This document shows positions 1 through 13,240 of a stretch of 64,000 bases of DNA, one piece after another. Positions within the stretch are counted from its first letter, which is position 1; every line of letters starts with the position of its first letter. The notes beneath the pieces were generated by a model. That model had not been told where the DNA came from. It saw only the letters and a program-made list of their open reading frames with translations, and ran no database searches. The position numbers and the translations under genes were made by a program. The DNA is from the human T2T-CHM13v2.0 reference genome, Homo sapiens: assembly GCF_009914755.1 (NCBI RefSeq), contig NC_060925.1; one strand, 5' to 3'.

Positions 1-1005
1 CCTGGGACAACTAAATATCCACATGTAAAAGAATCAAGTTAGACTCCCTCCTCGCACATAAAAATTAACTCAAAATGGATCAGAGACCTAAAGGTAGGTG
101 GTAAAATTATAAATCACTTAGAAATAGTAAATCTTTGTAATGTGGGATAAGCAAAGTTTTCACAAATATGACTGAAAGCACAAGCAACAAAAGAAAAAAT
201 AAATTGTATTCCATCAAGTTAAAAACATTTGGGCTGAAAAGTATATCATCAAGAATGTGAAAAGACAGTACATAGAATGACAGAAAATATCTGCAAATCA
301 TATTATCTGATAAGAGACTTGTATTTAGGATATATTTTTTAAAAACTATTACAGTTCAATATTAAAAAGATAAACCAATTATAAAGTAGGTAAAGGATCT
401 GAACAGACATTCTCCAAAGAAGATACATAATGACTAATAAGTATATGAAAAGATGTTGAAAATCATCAACCATCAGGGAAATGTAAATCAAAACCACAAT
501 GAGATAAACACTTCACATTACAGATGAATATAATAAAAAAGACAGACAATAACAACTGTTGATGAGGATGTGGAGAAACTGGAATTCTCATACACTGCTG
601 GTTGGAATGTAAAATAATGTACCCACTTCAGAACAGTCTGACAGTTCCTGAAAAGGTTAAACAGCATTACCATCTGACGCAGCAATTCTGCTCCTAGGTA
701 TATATCCAAGAAATATGAAGATAAATGTCTACCAAAAAATTATACAAGAATGTTCATAACAGAATTATTGATAATACTCAAAAAGTAGAAGCAACTCAAA
801 TGTCAATCAACTGATGATGGATAAATAAAATGATAAAATGTGGTAAATCCATATGATAAAATATTATTCAGCCATAAAAAGGCACAGAGTACTGACAAAT
901 GCTACCACATCAATGAACTTTGAAAACCTCATGCTAAGTGAAAGAAGCTGTCATAAATTACTACATGCTGCATGTTTCCATTTGTATGAAATGTCCAGAA
1001 GAGGC
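1..1005 (+). mobile_element. Old L1 (L1MB-like), ORF2 3' end and 3' UTR fragment
   Basis: AAAATTAACTCAAAATGGATCAGAGACCTAAA, GAGGATGTGGAGAAACTGGAA, CCATTTGTATGAAATGTCCAGAA. Confidence 0.8.
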
Positions 1006-1850
1006 ATTTCTGGAACAGAAACTTTACCCAATTGCAGTCCATATGTTTTCTGGGATCCCGGAGTTCCCTTTCAACAATGTAAAATACAAACTTAGGTCAA
1101 AAGTTCCCATGTCTGAGAAAACTCAAGCCAAATCAGTTCTCCTCCAAAGTTGACAGGATTTATGCTTTAAAAATACAGATACAGAATTCTCTTTGGAAAG
1201 ATCTACCAAATTCCTGTAAGAAACAGTCTACCCAAAGTAGGGGAAAGGCTATATGAAAAGTTACAAGGCACTTCTTAAAAATATATCTTAGGTTTTTAGG
1301 GAAAGGTAAACAGACAAGTTTCCAGACCCGTGGGTGGAATGGATGTAGCAGATTCACTGAGAGGCTCACAGCGCCGTACTAAAGGGAGTCTACTGCTTAA
1401 AGCCAATTCACATCCTTAAAAGGTCAAATGGAGAGAAATTAAACTTGGGAGAAGCATTTTAAGACTGTGCTGTTATAAAACCTCGGGCCACTTAACTGAT
1501 TAATCATGGCAATGAGGGCAGGGACCAGAAAAGAGTCTTTAGAACCTGTCATCCCCACACAGAAGAGCAACTTTCAGGGAAACACCCTTATCTTTCCATT
1601 TTCAGACCCCGGGAGGTGTGAGGGTGGAAAGGCTAGGTAGAGAAGAGAGCAGAAAGGAGATGAGATGACACAACCAGGATTCTCCGAAGCTGGGCTTGAA
1701 GTCCTCAAGAAAAACTCCCATGAACAAGGAAGGAAGAGTGAAGAAAAAAACAGGGATACCTGGAACTGGACAAAAGTAAAAAGATAGAAGGATACTTTTT
1801 TTCCCCCAGAAGAAGTCTGTCACAAAAGCAAACCTGCAAATATACGATCA

Positions 1851-2304
<454 letters not shown>

Positions 2305-3123
2305 TCACTGACCCCTGTGCCACGTATCTCCCACTCCATCACCCGCCCAGGCTCACTGCTTCCACCTGCATCCCTTCATATCTCCCTACTGACCTCCACT
2401 TTTTTCTAACTTTGTCATCAAAGAAGTCACAGAAATAAATAGGAGGATTCAAAAAGAATAATTTCAGTACATTTAAAAAATTGTAGAATATAGGATTCTC
2501 ATCTATGTTTATCACGTTCATTCATTTTTCAAATTTTCATTGTGGCACCATTTTATGACAGGCACTATGCTGGGGATGCTGGCGACTAGGGTAGGGAGTT
2601 AAAATGAGAGTGTCTACTTGGAAAGATGAACAGATAAATAATCACCGTGATAAGTGCTGTGCTAGAGATATGCAGATGTCAAAAGACCTTAGAAGGTCTA
2701 CAATCCACTTGGAGGGTAGGGAATATAGAAGGCATTTCAGTGAAATAGGGTGCCTTTGACAAATCATTAAGAATGAGTTCTACATTAAAAAGGGGAAGAG
2801 AGGGTGATAGCTGAGGAGGCAGCATAGGCAAGAACATCCAGCATGAAAGAACAGTGAAGGACATCAGGAACATCTTTCAGGAACATCAGGTAAAACAGAC
2901 TTAGGGCCCAAGTCAAAGGAGCTAAAATAATACACCCTGGAAAGTGGTATGATCATTTCTGCATCTGCTCCAGAGAAACCTGCCAAAATATGATTAGCAT
3001 AATACCCAAGAGAACATCACATTCCCCATGTGTGAAAATGCAAGAGGGAGTTATTTCTAATAGTTCATAAGCTCAGCAACAACAGAGTAGACACAAAAGC
3101 CATAGAATGTGCTTAGGCTTTAC

Positions 3124-3129
3124 TTTAAT
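3124..3129 (-). terminator. Candidate distal polyadenylation signal ATTAAA for a ~4 kb last exon
   Basis: tttaat on the plus strand. It fits my recollection of a long NOTCH2NL 3' UTR, but such hexamers are common here. Confidence 0.3.
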
Positions 3130-4846
3130 GATATAGGGATATCACATATCATCAGCCTGTGGAGTACAGAGGTAGTTTACAAAGGATAAACCTTCATTGT
3201 TTGGAAAGGAAAGATCAGAGAGCTCTTTATGAAGTTTAAACAAAATCAGAGAAATAAAGAGATGTGGGAAAGAAAGAAAAAAAAAGAAAGTACATTGAGG
3301 ACAGTCCAATCTAACTGTGAACTCATAAGGGACAGCCAGTAAATTCAAAACAGCCTACTGTTTTTTGATTACTTGTGCTACTCTATTAAAATAGCCACAA
3401 ACACAAAACTAGTCTACCTCTTTCTCTCCCCATTATTGGCCCTAACCCAAAAATAGTGGGAGTAAATGATTTAATAATTTATTTTCATGCTCCATTTTGT
3501 TCTTAAGTTAAAATTACTGTGGTTGGTGCCCCTCCTTTAGCTTCTGCTAAAGACTTTACATAATGAAAGCTCATGAAGTGTCTGGATTACTAACAGTTAC
3601 TTATCCAAAAAGATGAGACATGGTTCATTGATTTGATTCTATTAGTTCTCTCTTGAAGATATTTTTCTCCTCCCTCTGTGAAGAAACATTTCTTTCTGTG
3701 TCATACAAGAGGAGTCATTTTTGTAGTTTTAATTCCCTCTTGAGTCCTACAATAATACTAAAATACTCACAGTGACTACAGTATCCTTTGCAGGGAAAAA
3801 ATTGTAAATTAACCATTTAAATATAGTCACTAAGTTATGTGGCATTCACTGACTCAGAGTTGAAAAAGACTCCAAAATTCTTATCCAGTATTAGAGTATA
3901 CAAGGACAAAAGGAGAGGCCAAACTAAGTCTAGGACGCACAATACAAAGAAGAAAATGAGAAGACCAAAGTTACAGTCTCAATACTATGACATGATACTA
4001 AACCATACAGTCAGTCAGCCAATATATATTTGTGGGCCTAGTATATACTGGGCACTGTTTGTAGGTGTTTGGGTTACATCAGTAAACAAAAACAAAGATA
4101 CTAGTTTTCATTCTGGAGAGGGTAAGAGGCAGTAGAACTTGGAAAAGACAGACAATGAACAATAGACATAATGAAGTAAATTATATAGTATAAATTATAT
4201 AGTAAGAAGATAAGAGTTACAGAAAAAGAAAACAAAAAGTAGACCAGGGTTAGTAATTAAGGGGGTGGGGGACAGTTACAATTTTAAATAGGGTGGTTAG
4301 AGTAACCCTCAATTAGAAGTGCCAAGACGTGAAATGCAGTGGAAGCAACCATTTGAAAGTTGCAGAATACTTTAACAAGCTACTTTGCCTCCTGCTGACT
4401 TTGTTTCCCCATTTTTAGAACTGAAATAATAATTCTCATCAAATAAGGGTGCTATTTACATTGAGATAGTGACTATTACTATAAGTAACATTTTAGTCTC
4501 TTGACAAGCATGGGAAGCAATGGAATGAAGGGCAATGGAAGGAAGGGCACTGCATTATGAAAAGGACTTTTTAAAAGAAAACCATCTCCAGGCACTATTC
4601 CCCTTTGTGGAAATGAAGAGAATATTTTCTGAACTCCACCTGGGACATATGAACAATGAGCATGAAATCTTACAAACTGTATAAATAACATTTATTCACA
4701 GTGTCACTGCATCATCTATTGTTTTGAATTCTCTTTAAATTTCCTTCTATATATTTATCCAAAGCTGAAGTCATCTGGTTTAGATTATGGGACCCTGAAA
4801 AGCAAGAACTAGTCTATGTAACTACTTTTAAACATCTGCACAACGC

Positions 4847-4849
<3 letters not shown>

Positions 4850-4904
<55 letters not shown>
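4850..4904. repeat. (AC)n microsatellite
   Basis: Uninterrupted CA run of about 27 units. Confidence 0.95.
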
Positions 4905-4907
<3 letters not shown>

Positions 4908-5059
4908 TGATATGTAACAAGTACTATTTGATTATAATTAGGAGTGTCTTGGTTTTCTTATAACATGAACATATATTTTTAACCCAAACAGCTTAAAGCA
5001 TTTAACGAAAAGTTTTACACACCTACAAAGTGCTTTCAGGAAGCAGATGTGCAGTGCAA

Positions 5060-5295
5060 TGTGGCGCAGTAAGATGCACAAAGCAAAGGCTTTGAAAATA
5101 AACTGCCTCGGTTTCAGGACCCAGCCTAACCACATATTAGCTGTACAACTTTGGGTGAATCACTTAACATCTCCAAACTTCAGTTACTTCATGTGGGAAG
5201 ACTTGAAAAATAATACCTGGTCCCAAGATTTTTGTGTAATTGAGCTAATAAGCATGGAAGTACCTGGCACAGTTCCTGAGTCACCAAAAAAATGT
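5060..5295 (+). mobile_element. MIR
   Basis: Core-like TTAGCTGTACAACTTTGGGTGAATCACTTAACATCTC...CAGTT; boundaries approximate. Confidence 0.6.
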
Positions 5296-6965
5296 TAGTT
5301 TTCTCTTCATCGAATCTCCCCATTCCCACCCCTCATGCTAATCTCCCCTCCCACACACACACACACCATCAGTGAGTAAATAAGTGTCTTGCGTTAAACT
5401 ACAACCAGAGAATAAGAGACAGCCAAGATTTCCTTACTCTATTTCACTAGCCCTGGCAGCCTCTCAGCTGCGGAATCCTTGGTTATTTCCTTTCTCAAGG
5501 AGGAGATACTATTCTAGTTTGACAGATCCTTTCCTGGACACACTCTCAGAATTCCCTAAGGTTCTTATCGTGGCTAATGGATAACAATGCAGAGGCTATG
5601 GGAGTGAATAATCACTCTCTCTCAGCTAAAAACTTCCTTTATTGACTTCTCTAACTTCCCGTCAACATCTTGCTGCCAAATCAACCTCTTGTTCTAGGCA
5701 ATTATTAAAAGCAATTTTCTTGAAACTGAAAAACACATTTAGCCTTCAACAATAAATCACACTAACATCAATTACTAGCCAATTAGATTACTAGAATATC
5801 AGACCCAGAGATATTTGCAGTGTTGAAATATTTTCAAAATAAAGTTGTTTACATTTCTATTTCTGTCTTTAATCCTTAAAATGCAAACAAATACAGGAGT
5901 GAAGACAGATGTATTTTAGTTATTTCTTCTACAAGATAAAGTGGATAGTAATATTATGTTAAGAAAATACTTATTTAGTATCTAGAATGATAGCATTATC
6001 TATTCTTTATTAAAAGAGAAACTAAAAGTAATATAATTAAATAGCTTGTTCTTGTGACTTAAATAATATAAAATTTTCATTTCAATTATGTGACAATGCT
6101 TTGTATAGCTGTATTCCAAATACATAGCATGGTGCCTAGAACATAGCAGGCAGTCAATACATTTTTACCAAATGAAATGAATAAATTACCAGTTGATTTT
6201 ATACTGAGGACCAAACTATGACCTTTAATCCCTCCAAAATAAAACACACAATCCCATTATATGTGAACCATATCCACAATACCAGAATCTAAGATTCCCA
6301 CTCTGAAAGAGTAACTAGAACAACTTCTTTTTGAGGCAATTCTGCTTACTTAGCACATTACTCCCCCCTACAGTTTTCCTTCTTTTGTTTTTGTACTAAG
6401 GATATTTGTATAAAAACAGGATCTTTGTTGCTTAGTAATTCATCTGATTCAGCTGCTTGTATTCTGTTCCCAATCAAAATTCTTGGTTTTCAGCCTCCTC
6501 ATCATTTTTATAAGGAGTTGAATGAATTGGTCAAGCTTGTTCCTTTCTCCCTCTCCATGGAACACCAGGCCCCAAGCTCCCCGACACTGCTCCTCTTTTT
6601 ATTTCTATCTTTGGGTTGTGTGTACACTCTAGAACACTTGTATCAGTGAAGAGTGTAACAAAGTATTGTGCCACGCATAGTCTCTCATATATCATCTATC
6701 AGCTCATCAAAAAGTGCTCACTGATTAACAGAGGATCCCCTCCTCAGTTTCAGAATTCTCTAGCTTTAAGTTAGGGGAGGGTTACCCCAAAGTCAGAGAG
6801 GGTACATGGGAGAGGGTTGTGAAGGCCAGTAGCCCAGAGAAAATCAAGGGCAGCTGGGTGCATTTAGGTGGATAAGAAAACAATGAATTACTCCATCAAA
6901 AGCAAAAGCACAAGCACATAGTAAAGTTGATCACCCACTGTTAATGTCAATTCAGTTTAAAGCAC

Positions 6966-6971
6966 TTTATT
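6966..6971 (-). terminator. Candidate proximal polyadenylation signal AATAAA
   Basis: tttatt on the plus strand, about 27 nt downstream of the stop codon on the minus strand. Confidence 0.5.
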
Positions 6972-6997
6972 AACCACACATACATATTTTCCAGTGT

Positions 6998-7074
6998 CTA
7001 ATTCTCATCGTGTTCTTTTCCATTCCAGACTTCCCTGTCTCTTTCCCAGAGCTCTGTTCCTCTTCTCACTGTTT
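6998..7074 (-). CDS. NOTCH2NL: NOTCH2NL terminal exon 5, coding part (derived from NOTCH2 intron 4)
   Basis: ttgtag|AAACAGTGAGAAGAGGAACAGAGC...GATGAGAATTAG gives [25 protein letters not shown], the known NOTCH2NLA/B/C tail. Met40 to stop is 38+260+336+77=711 nt, or 236 aa. Confidence 0.95.
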
Positions 7075-7324
7075 CTACAAAAGGGACAATAAACAATTTT
7101 CTAGCCACTCATCATCATAAACCCTGACATGCTAAATTATCCCCTGCTCAGTTTATGGACCACAGTGGGCCCATAAAACTCCTCCCTCACTAGCAACCCA
7201 CCCCCCACAAAATTCTCACTTCCCTTTTTCCTTGCGCTTCCTAAAAAAAGCAATTGAGCCACACCCACTACCTCCTGTGCTAGGGGTTTGTCCCCTAATC
7301 CTGGGACACTAGGGAGCTCCTTAC

Positions 7325-7660
7325 CTGGAAGGCAGTTGCACTCAAAAGTGAAGTCACCAGTCTGCCGACAGGTGCCTCCATTGACACAAGGCGAGGGTGC
7401 ACAGGGCACATACAGGCTGTCACAGTACTGGCCTGTGAAGCCCTGAAGGCACTGGCACTGGTAGGAACCAGGCAGGTTGAGGCAGGTGCCACCATGCTGG
7501 CAGTGTCCTGGAATGTCACACTCATTGACATCAGTCTCACACTTCTGCCCTGTGAAGCCTGTGAGGCATTTGCAGGAGAACTGGTTGGCCACAGTGGTAC
7601 AGGTACTTCCATTTGCACAGGGATGAGACAGGCAGGCATCGGTCCATTGGCACTCCTTAC
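7325..7660 (-). CDS. NOTCH2NL: NOTCH2NL exon 4 (336 nt), EGF4-6 with EGF6 incomplete
   Basis: cctttag|GTAAGGAGTGCCAATGG...TGCCTTCCAG|gtaagg; encodes [15 protein letters not shown]...[51 protein letters not shown] (Leu210, 7446-7448) replaces NOTCH2 CPQG. Confidence 0.97.
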
Positions 7661-8021
7661 CTAAAGGAAGGATAACAAAACTCAGTACTGGCCACAGAAA
7701 TAGGAGATGGCCCCATCCTCAATACCTCATTGACATCAGCGAGCTCTTGCGTGGAGAAGACCTCAACTCTTTGCATTTTACAAAAGGCTAAATCAGAGCC
7801 TCCTCAAGGTCATCTGACACAGAGCCCTCTCCAGTAACTCTCCAAGGACCTCAGCAGAGACACAAGGACTCAGTGGGTGGAGCACCTGGAGGCAATTGTA
7901 GGTTAGTCACATTGAAGCCCAATCCTGCAGGACGCTATCAGCAATAGGAGTCTGGATCCATCTACTCTCTCAGAGCTCACTGTCTTTGCATATGCTGCTC
8001 CTGTTTGAATATCAACTTCCG

Positions 8022-8336
<315 letters not shown>

Positions 8337-9009
8337 CTAGTGAACTCTCCCTATCTTGGCAACTCTACTCAAAAGTTCCAACCTCTGTAAAGTCATCCTT
8401 AGTGCCCCTCACATACATACATGTGCGCAAACACAGATACACCAAGTTTGCTATTTTCTTCTATTATACCACCTGCCACACTGGCAGGGTTGGGTCTCCG
8501 TGGTATGCTCTCAAATCATGTCTGTTGAATGGATAAAATATATCGATATTTTCCACAAAATATAGTTACTAAATAGACCTCTGGTGATAGAAACAAGTCA
8601 ATACTACTTCTGTTTCCTCTAAATGTAACACACACATATATTCTGGGAAACATTTTATTAATTGTGGCCTTGCTATAAATATCTGTTGATGTGTTTGAAA
8701 ATGATGAAGGACCTCTGGGTCCCTATATAACAAATGAAATAGAAGCCATCAGGAGGACAGAGGTCTCGAAGGTATTCCGTGGACTTTCTCAAGTAGGAAA
8801 GTACCAGCACTAGCAGGAAGACTCTGACGGGTTGAAAACTAAATCATGATGCCAGGGGAAGCAAAGCAGATTCTTTGAGGCAGAAAGAGAAAGAGAAAAA
8901 AATATCCTCACAGAACTAGTAAATTTGGTATTCACATGGCTGGCTTTTTGTTGTCATTAGTCTAAGTCGCTTATTATTTAAACTACAGAGATAAGAACTC
9001 CTTGAATTT

Positions 9010-9540
9010 TTATTATTATTATTATTATACTTTAAGTTCTAGGGTACACGTGCACAACATGCAGGTTTGTTACATATGTATATATGTGCCATGTTGGTGT
9101 GCTGCACCCATTAACTCGTCATTTACATTAGGTACATCTCCTAATGCTATCCCTCCCCCGTCCCACCACCCCACGACAGGCCCCGGTTTGTGATGTTCCC
9201 CTTCCTGTGTCCAAGTGTTCTCATTGTTCAATTCCCACCTATGAGTGAGAACATGCGGTGTTTAGTTTTTTGTCCTTGCAATAGTTTGCTGAGAATGATG
9301 GTTTCCAGCTTCATCCATGTCCCTACAAAGGACATGAACTCATCCTTTTTTATGGCTGAATAGTATTCCATGGTGTATATGTGCCACATTTTCTTAATCC
9401 AGTCTATCATTGATGGACATTTGGGTTGGTTCCAAGTCTTTGCTATTGTGAATAGTGCCGCAATAAACATACGTGTGCATGTGTCTTTATAGCAGCACGA
9501 TTTATAATTCTTTGGGTATATACCCAGTAATGGGATGGCG
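9010..9540 (-). mobile_element. 5'-truncated L1PA, 3' end
   Basis: TTATACTTTAAGTTCTAGGGTAC... L1PA 3' UTR and ORF2 C-terminal peptide (MFIAALFTIAKTWNQPKCP). 16-bp TSD AGAACTCCTTGAATTT at 8994-9009 and 9541-9556. Confidence 0.95.
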
Positions 9541-9920
9541 AGAACTCCTTGAATTTGTTAATACTCCAGTTGATTGTCTAGGAAAGTATCTAAATCTCTG
9601 ACCTCATAGAAAGGTAAATGGGAGACACAAGAGTTTTTCTATAAGGGAAAAAGATGCGAGATGTGACATATGAGCACAGAAAAGTGCTCTCTGCCTATCA
9701 AGGAATGTCAAATCAAAGGAGAAAACTATAACACAAATTTAGGCACAGCATATACATCTCAGGGAGCTAAGACAGAAAATGAAGGAACTGCAATTCTTCT
9801 TGTCTTTCCACTCATGTCACTAAGAGGCACTTATTTACAGTGGAGAAGAGATATAAATGCTCACTTCTAGCAAGTGTGATTTTCAGAGTGATGCCCACAA
9901 CTGAAACAGAAAGATCCCCG

Positions 9921-10185
9921 GGCCGGAAGTGGTGGCTGATGCCTGTAATCCCAGCACTTTGGGAGGCTGAGGTGGGCAGATCACTTGTGGTTAGGAGTTT
10001 GAGACCAGCCTGGCCAACACGGTGAAACGCCATCTTTTCTAAAAATACAAAAATTAGCCGGGCTTCATAGCGCATGCCTGTAATCCCAGCTACCTGGGAG
10101 GCTGAGGCACAAGAATCACTCGAACCCAAGAGGTGGAGGTTGCAGTGAGCCGAGACTGCGCCACTGTACTAAGCAACAGAGTGAG
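9921..10185 (+). mobile_element. AluS-type element with tail expanded into a purine repeat
   Basis: Alu dimer running directly into the GAAA repeat. Confidence 0.9.
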
Positions 10186-10238
10186 AAGAAAGAAAGACAG
10201 AAAGAGAGAGGGAAAGAGAGAGGAAGAGAGAAAGAGAG

Positions 10239-10293
<55 letters not shown>

Positions 10294-10331
10294 GAAAGAA
10301 AGAAAGAAAGGAAGGGAGAAAGAAAGAAAGA
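10186..10331. repeat. (GAAA)n / GA-rich simple repeat
   Basis: Long AAAG tetranucleotide run. Confidence 0.95.
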
Positions 10332-10532
10332 ATCAACCCTGAATTTGGTTTCCATATATATTATGTATAGGCACTAACTTGCTGCCTATGCTTCTTCATC
10401 TCTGAGTGGAGATGAGCTAGTAAGCTGACTGAGGTATAGCGCTATCACAAAAACCAAAAGGATGACCTTGATCTGTGATGATTCCTAAAGTGATAGACAA
10501 AAATAGCATATGTATAAAAGATGATCAGAATC

Positions 10533-10810
10533 GGCCGGGTGTGGTGGCTCACACCTGTAATCCCAGCACTTTGGGAGGCCGAGGCGGGTGGATCATGAGG
10601 TCAGGCGATCCAGACCATTCTGGCTAACAAGGTGAAAGCCCATCTCTACTAAAAATACAAAAATTAGCCGGGCATGGCAGTAGGTGCCTGTAGTCCCAGC
10701 TACTCAGGAGGCTGAGGCAGAAGAATGGCGTGAACCCGGGAGGTGGAGCTTGCAGTGAACCGAGATTGCACCCTGCACTCCAGCCTGGATGACAAAGCAA
10801 TACTCCATCT

Positions 10811-10847
<37 letters not shown>
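10533..10847 (+). mobile_element. AluY-like element
   Basis: CTGGCTAACA and GAATGGCGTGAACCCGGGAGGTGGAGCTTGCAG diagnostics; long A tail; TGATCAGAATC duplicated. Confidence 0.93.
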
Positions 10848-10850
<3 letters not shown>

Positions 10851-11181
10851 TGATCAGAATCTTGCAGAACACACCAAGAAGAGATCCTTCTTAACAACAA
10901 AGGAAGAAGTTTTAATTTGGGACCATTTCAGAGTGACATTTTAATTATGAAGAAGGCATTACTGTCATTTCCACTAGCCAGAATTAAAATATTTTAAGTG
11001 GGTATATGCCCCCCTACTTTGCCTCCTAATAGCAAAACAACTCAAAACTGACAATCAGGAAGAAATTATTCTTATAACACCAAATATTTTCAGTGACTTA
11101 CATCATCAATACCATCATCATCATGATGGAGATCATGGATCATCCTAACTACCCTCTACCCCACCAACACCTTTTGATGAA

Positions 11182-11531
11182 TGATATGGTTTGGTAGTGT
11201 CCCCACCCAAATCTCAACTTGAATTGTATCTCCCAGAATTCCCATGTGTTGTGGGAGGGACCCAGTGGGGTAACTGTATCATGGGGGCCAGTCTTTCCTG
11301 TGCTATTCTCATGAGAGTGAATAAGTCTCATGAGATCTGATGGGTTTCTCAGGGGTTCTGCTTTTGCTTCTTCCTAATTTTCTCTTGCCACCACCATGAA
11401 AGAAGTGCCTTTTGCCTCCCACCATAATTCTGAGGCCTCCCCAGCCATATGGAACTGTAAGTCCAATTAAACCTCTTTTCTTCCCGGTCTCGGGGATATC
11501 TTTATCAGCAGCGTGAAAATGGACTAATACA
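11182..11531 (+). mobile_element. THE1-family (ERVL-MaLR) LTR, left end of the chimeric provirus
   Basis: TGATATGGTTTGG...CCCACCCAAATCTC...CAGCAGCGTGAAAATGGACTAATACA, 350 bp, TG...CA ends; followed by the THE1 internal start GTAAATTGGTACC...GAGTGGGG (11532-11554). Confidence 0.9.
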
Positions 11532-11558
11532 GTAAATTGGTACCAAGAGTGGGGTTTT

Positions 11559-11798
11559 TGCGAGAGTGCCAGCTATCCCGAGGGAAACTTTGGAGGGAAC
11601 CAGCTACTAGATGGTTCAATTAGTCTTTCGCCCCTACACCCAGGTTGGATGACCGATTTGCACATCAGGACTGCTACGGACCTCCACCAGAGTTTCCTCT
11701 GGCTTTGCCCTGCCCAGGCAGAGTTCACCACCTTTCAGGTCCTAACATTTGTGCTCATGCCCCACCTTCCCAGTGCAGAAAACAAGATGGGCCGGTGG
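11559..11798 (-). pseudogene. Degenerate 28S (LSU) rRNA fragment, ~240 nt
   Basis: Plus strand GCTATCCCGAGGGAAACTTTGGAGGGAACCAGCTACTAGATGGTTCAATTAGTCTTTCGCCCCTA...GGACCTCCACCAGAGTTTCCTCTGGC is the reverse complement of the conserved LSU core (LR5 primer region). Many differences are CpG-type transitions. Confidence 0.93.
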
Positions 11799-13240
11799 AA
11801 AGCTGACCTGGCTACTGCCACCGCAGAGTGCCCAATTTGCCAGCAGCAGAAACCAACACTGCGCCTTTGATATGGCACTATTCCTCAGGGTGATCAGCCA
11901 GCTACTTGGTGGCAGGTTGATTATGTTGGACTTCTTCCATTGTGAAAAGGGCAGATGTTTGTCCTTACTGGAATAAACACTTACTCTGGATATGGGTTTG
12001 CCTATCCTGCATGCAATGGTTCTGCCAAGACTACCATCCGCGGACTCATGGAATGCCTTATCCACTGTCATGGTATTCCACACAGCATTGCCTCTGACCA
12101 AGGCATTCACTTTATGGCTAAAGAAGTGCAGCAGTGGGCTCATGCTCATGGAATTCACTGGTCTTACCATGTTCCCCAACATCCTGAAGCAGAACGGTGG
12201 AATGGCCTTTTGCAGTCACAATTACAATGCCAACTAGGTGAGAATACTTTGCAGGGTTGGGGCAAAGTTCTCAAGAAGGCTGTGTATGCTCTGAATCAGC
12301 GTCCAATATGTGGTACTGTTTCTCCCATAGCCAGGATTCACAGGTCCAGGAATCAAGGGGTGGAAATGGAAGTGGTACCACTCACCATCACCCCTAGTGA
12401 TCCACTAGCAAAATGTTTGCTTCCTGTTCCCGCAACATTAAGTTCTGCTGGCCTAGAGGTCTTAGTTCCAGAGGGAGGAACGCTGCCATCAGAAGACACA
12501 ACAACAATTCCATTAAACTGGTAGTTAAGATTGCCACCAGGACACTTTGGGTTCCTACCTTTAAGTAAACAGGCTAAGAAAGGCGTTACAGTGTTGGCTG
12601 GGACATCAAGGCTATCAAGACCCAGGCTATCAAGATGAAATCAGTCTACTACTCCAGAACGGAGGTAAGAAAGAGTATTCATGGAATACAGGAGATCCAT
12701 TAGGGCGTCTCTTAGTATTACCATGCCCTGTGATTAAGGTCAATGGGCAACTACAACAGCCCAATCCAGGCGGGACTACAAATGGTTTGGGCCTCTCCAT
12801 CAGGAAAAAAAAAAACACAACCTGCTGAGGTGTTTGCTGAAGGCAAAAGGAATACAAAATGGGTAGAAGAAGGTAGTCATCAATACCAGCTACTACCATG
12901 TGACCAGCTGCAGAAATGAGGACTGTAATTGTCCTCAGTATTTCCTCCTTCTTTTATTAAAAACATGTCTGTGCTTGCACACACTTGTACTAAGAAAATA
13001 TCTTCATTTTATTTCCTTTCTCCTTTATCATGTGACATAAGATTTATTGACTTCACATCAGCATTTAAGTATCGTTAACTTTATGTAAGAGTGTTTCAGT
13101 TGGGGACTAGTGTGTTTCCGGATGTATGAAGAATAGTTGTACTACATCAGGTGTAATTATGACCTAATTATTGTCTTTATTTGAAGATTATGTGTGATCT
13201 CAGGAGATGTGTACGGGTTCAAGTTGACAAGGGGTAGATT
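11799..13240 (+). mobile_element. HERV-L internal 3' fragment: defective integrase, dUTPase remnant and PPT
   Basis: Translations KADLATATAECPICQQQKP, WWQVDYVG, YSGYGFAYP, IASDQGIHF, ERWNGLL, then VLVPEGG..IPLNW*LRLPPGHFG. Stops and indels are present; ACAAGGGGTAGATT lies just before the LTR. Confidence 0.9.

Noticed and set aside
7295-7639. 114-aa alternate-frame ORF over exon 4
   Set aside because: Typical shadow frame of Cys/Gly-rich EGF codons, with an internal start far from the mRNA 5' end and no independent support.
11559-11798. Functional rRNA gene or contamination
   Set aside because: Short, CpG-decayed and embedded in old retroviral sequence.
11955-12524. 189-aa integrase-like ORF as a functional or domesticated gene
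   Set aside because: It lacks the N-terminus, an in-frame stop lies between the WQVD motif and the ORF start, and there is a deletion near the catalytic Glu (PEA^ERWNG). It is a decayed HERV-L pol.
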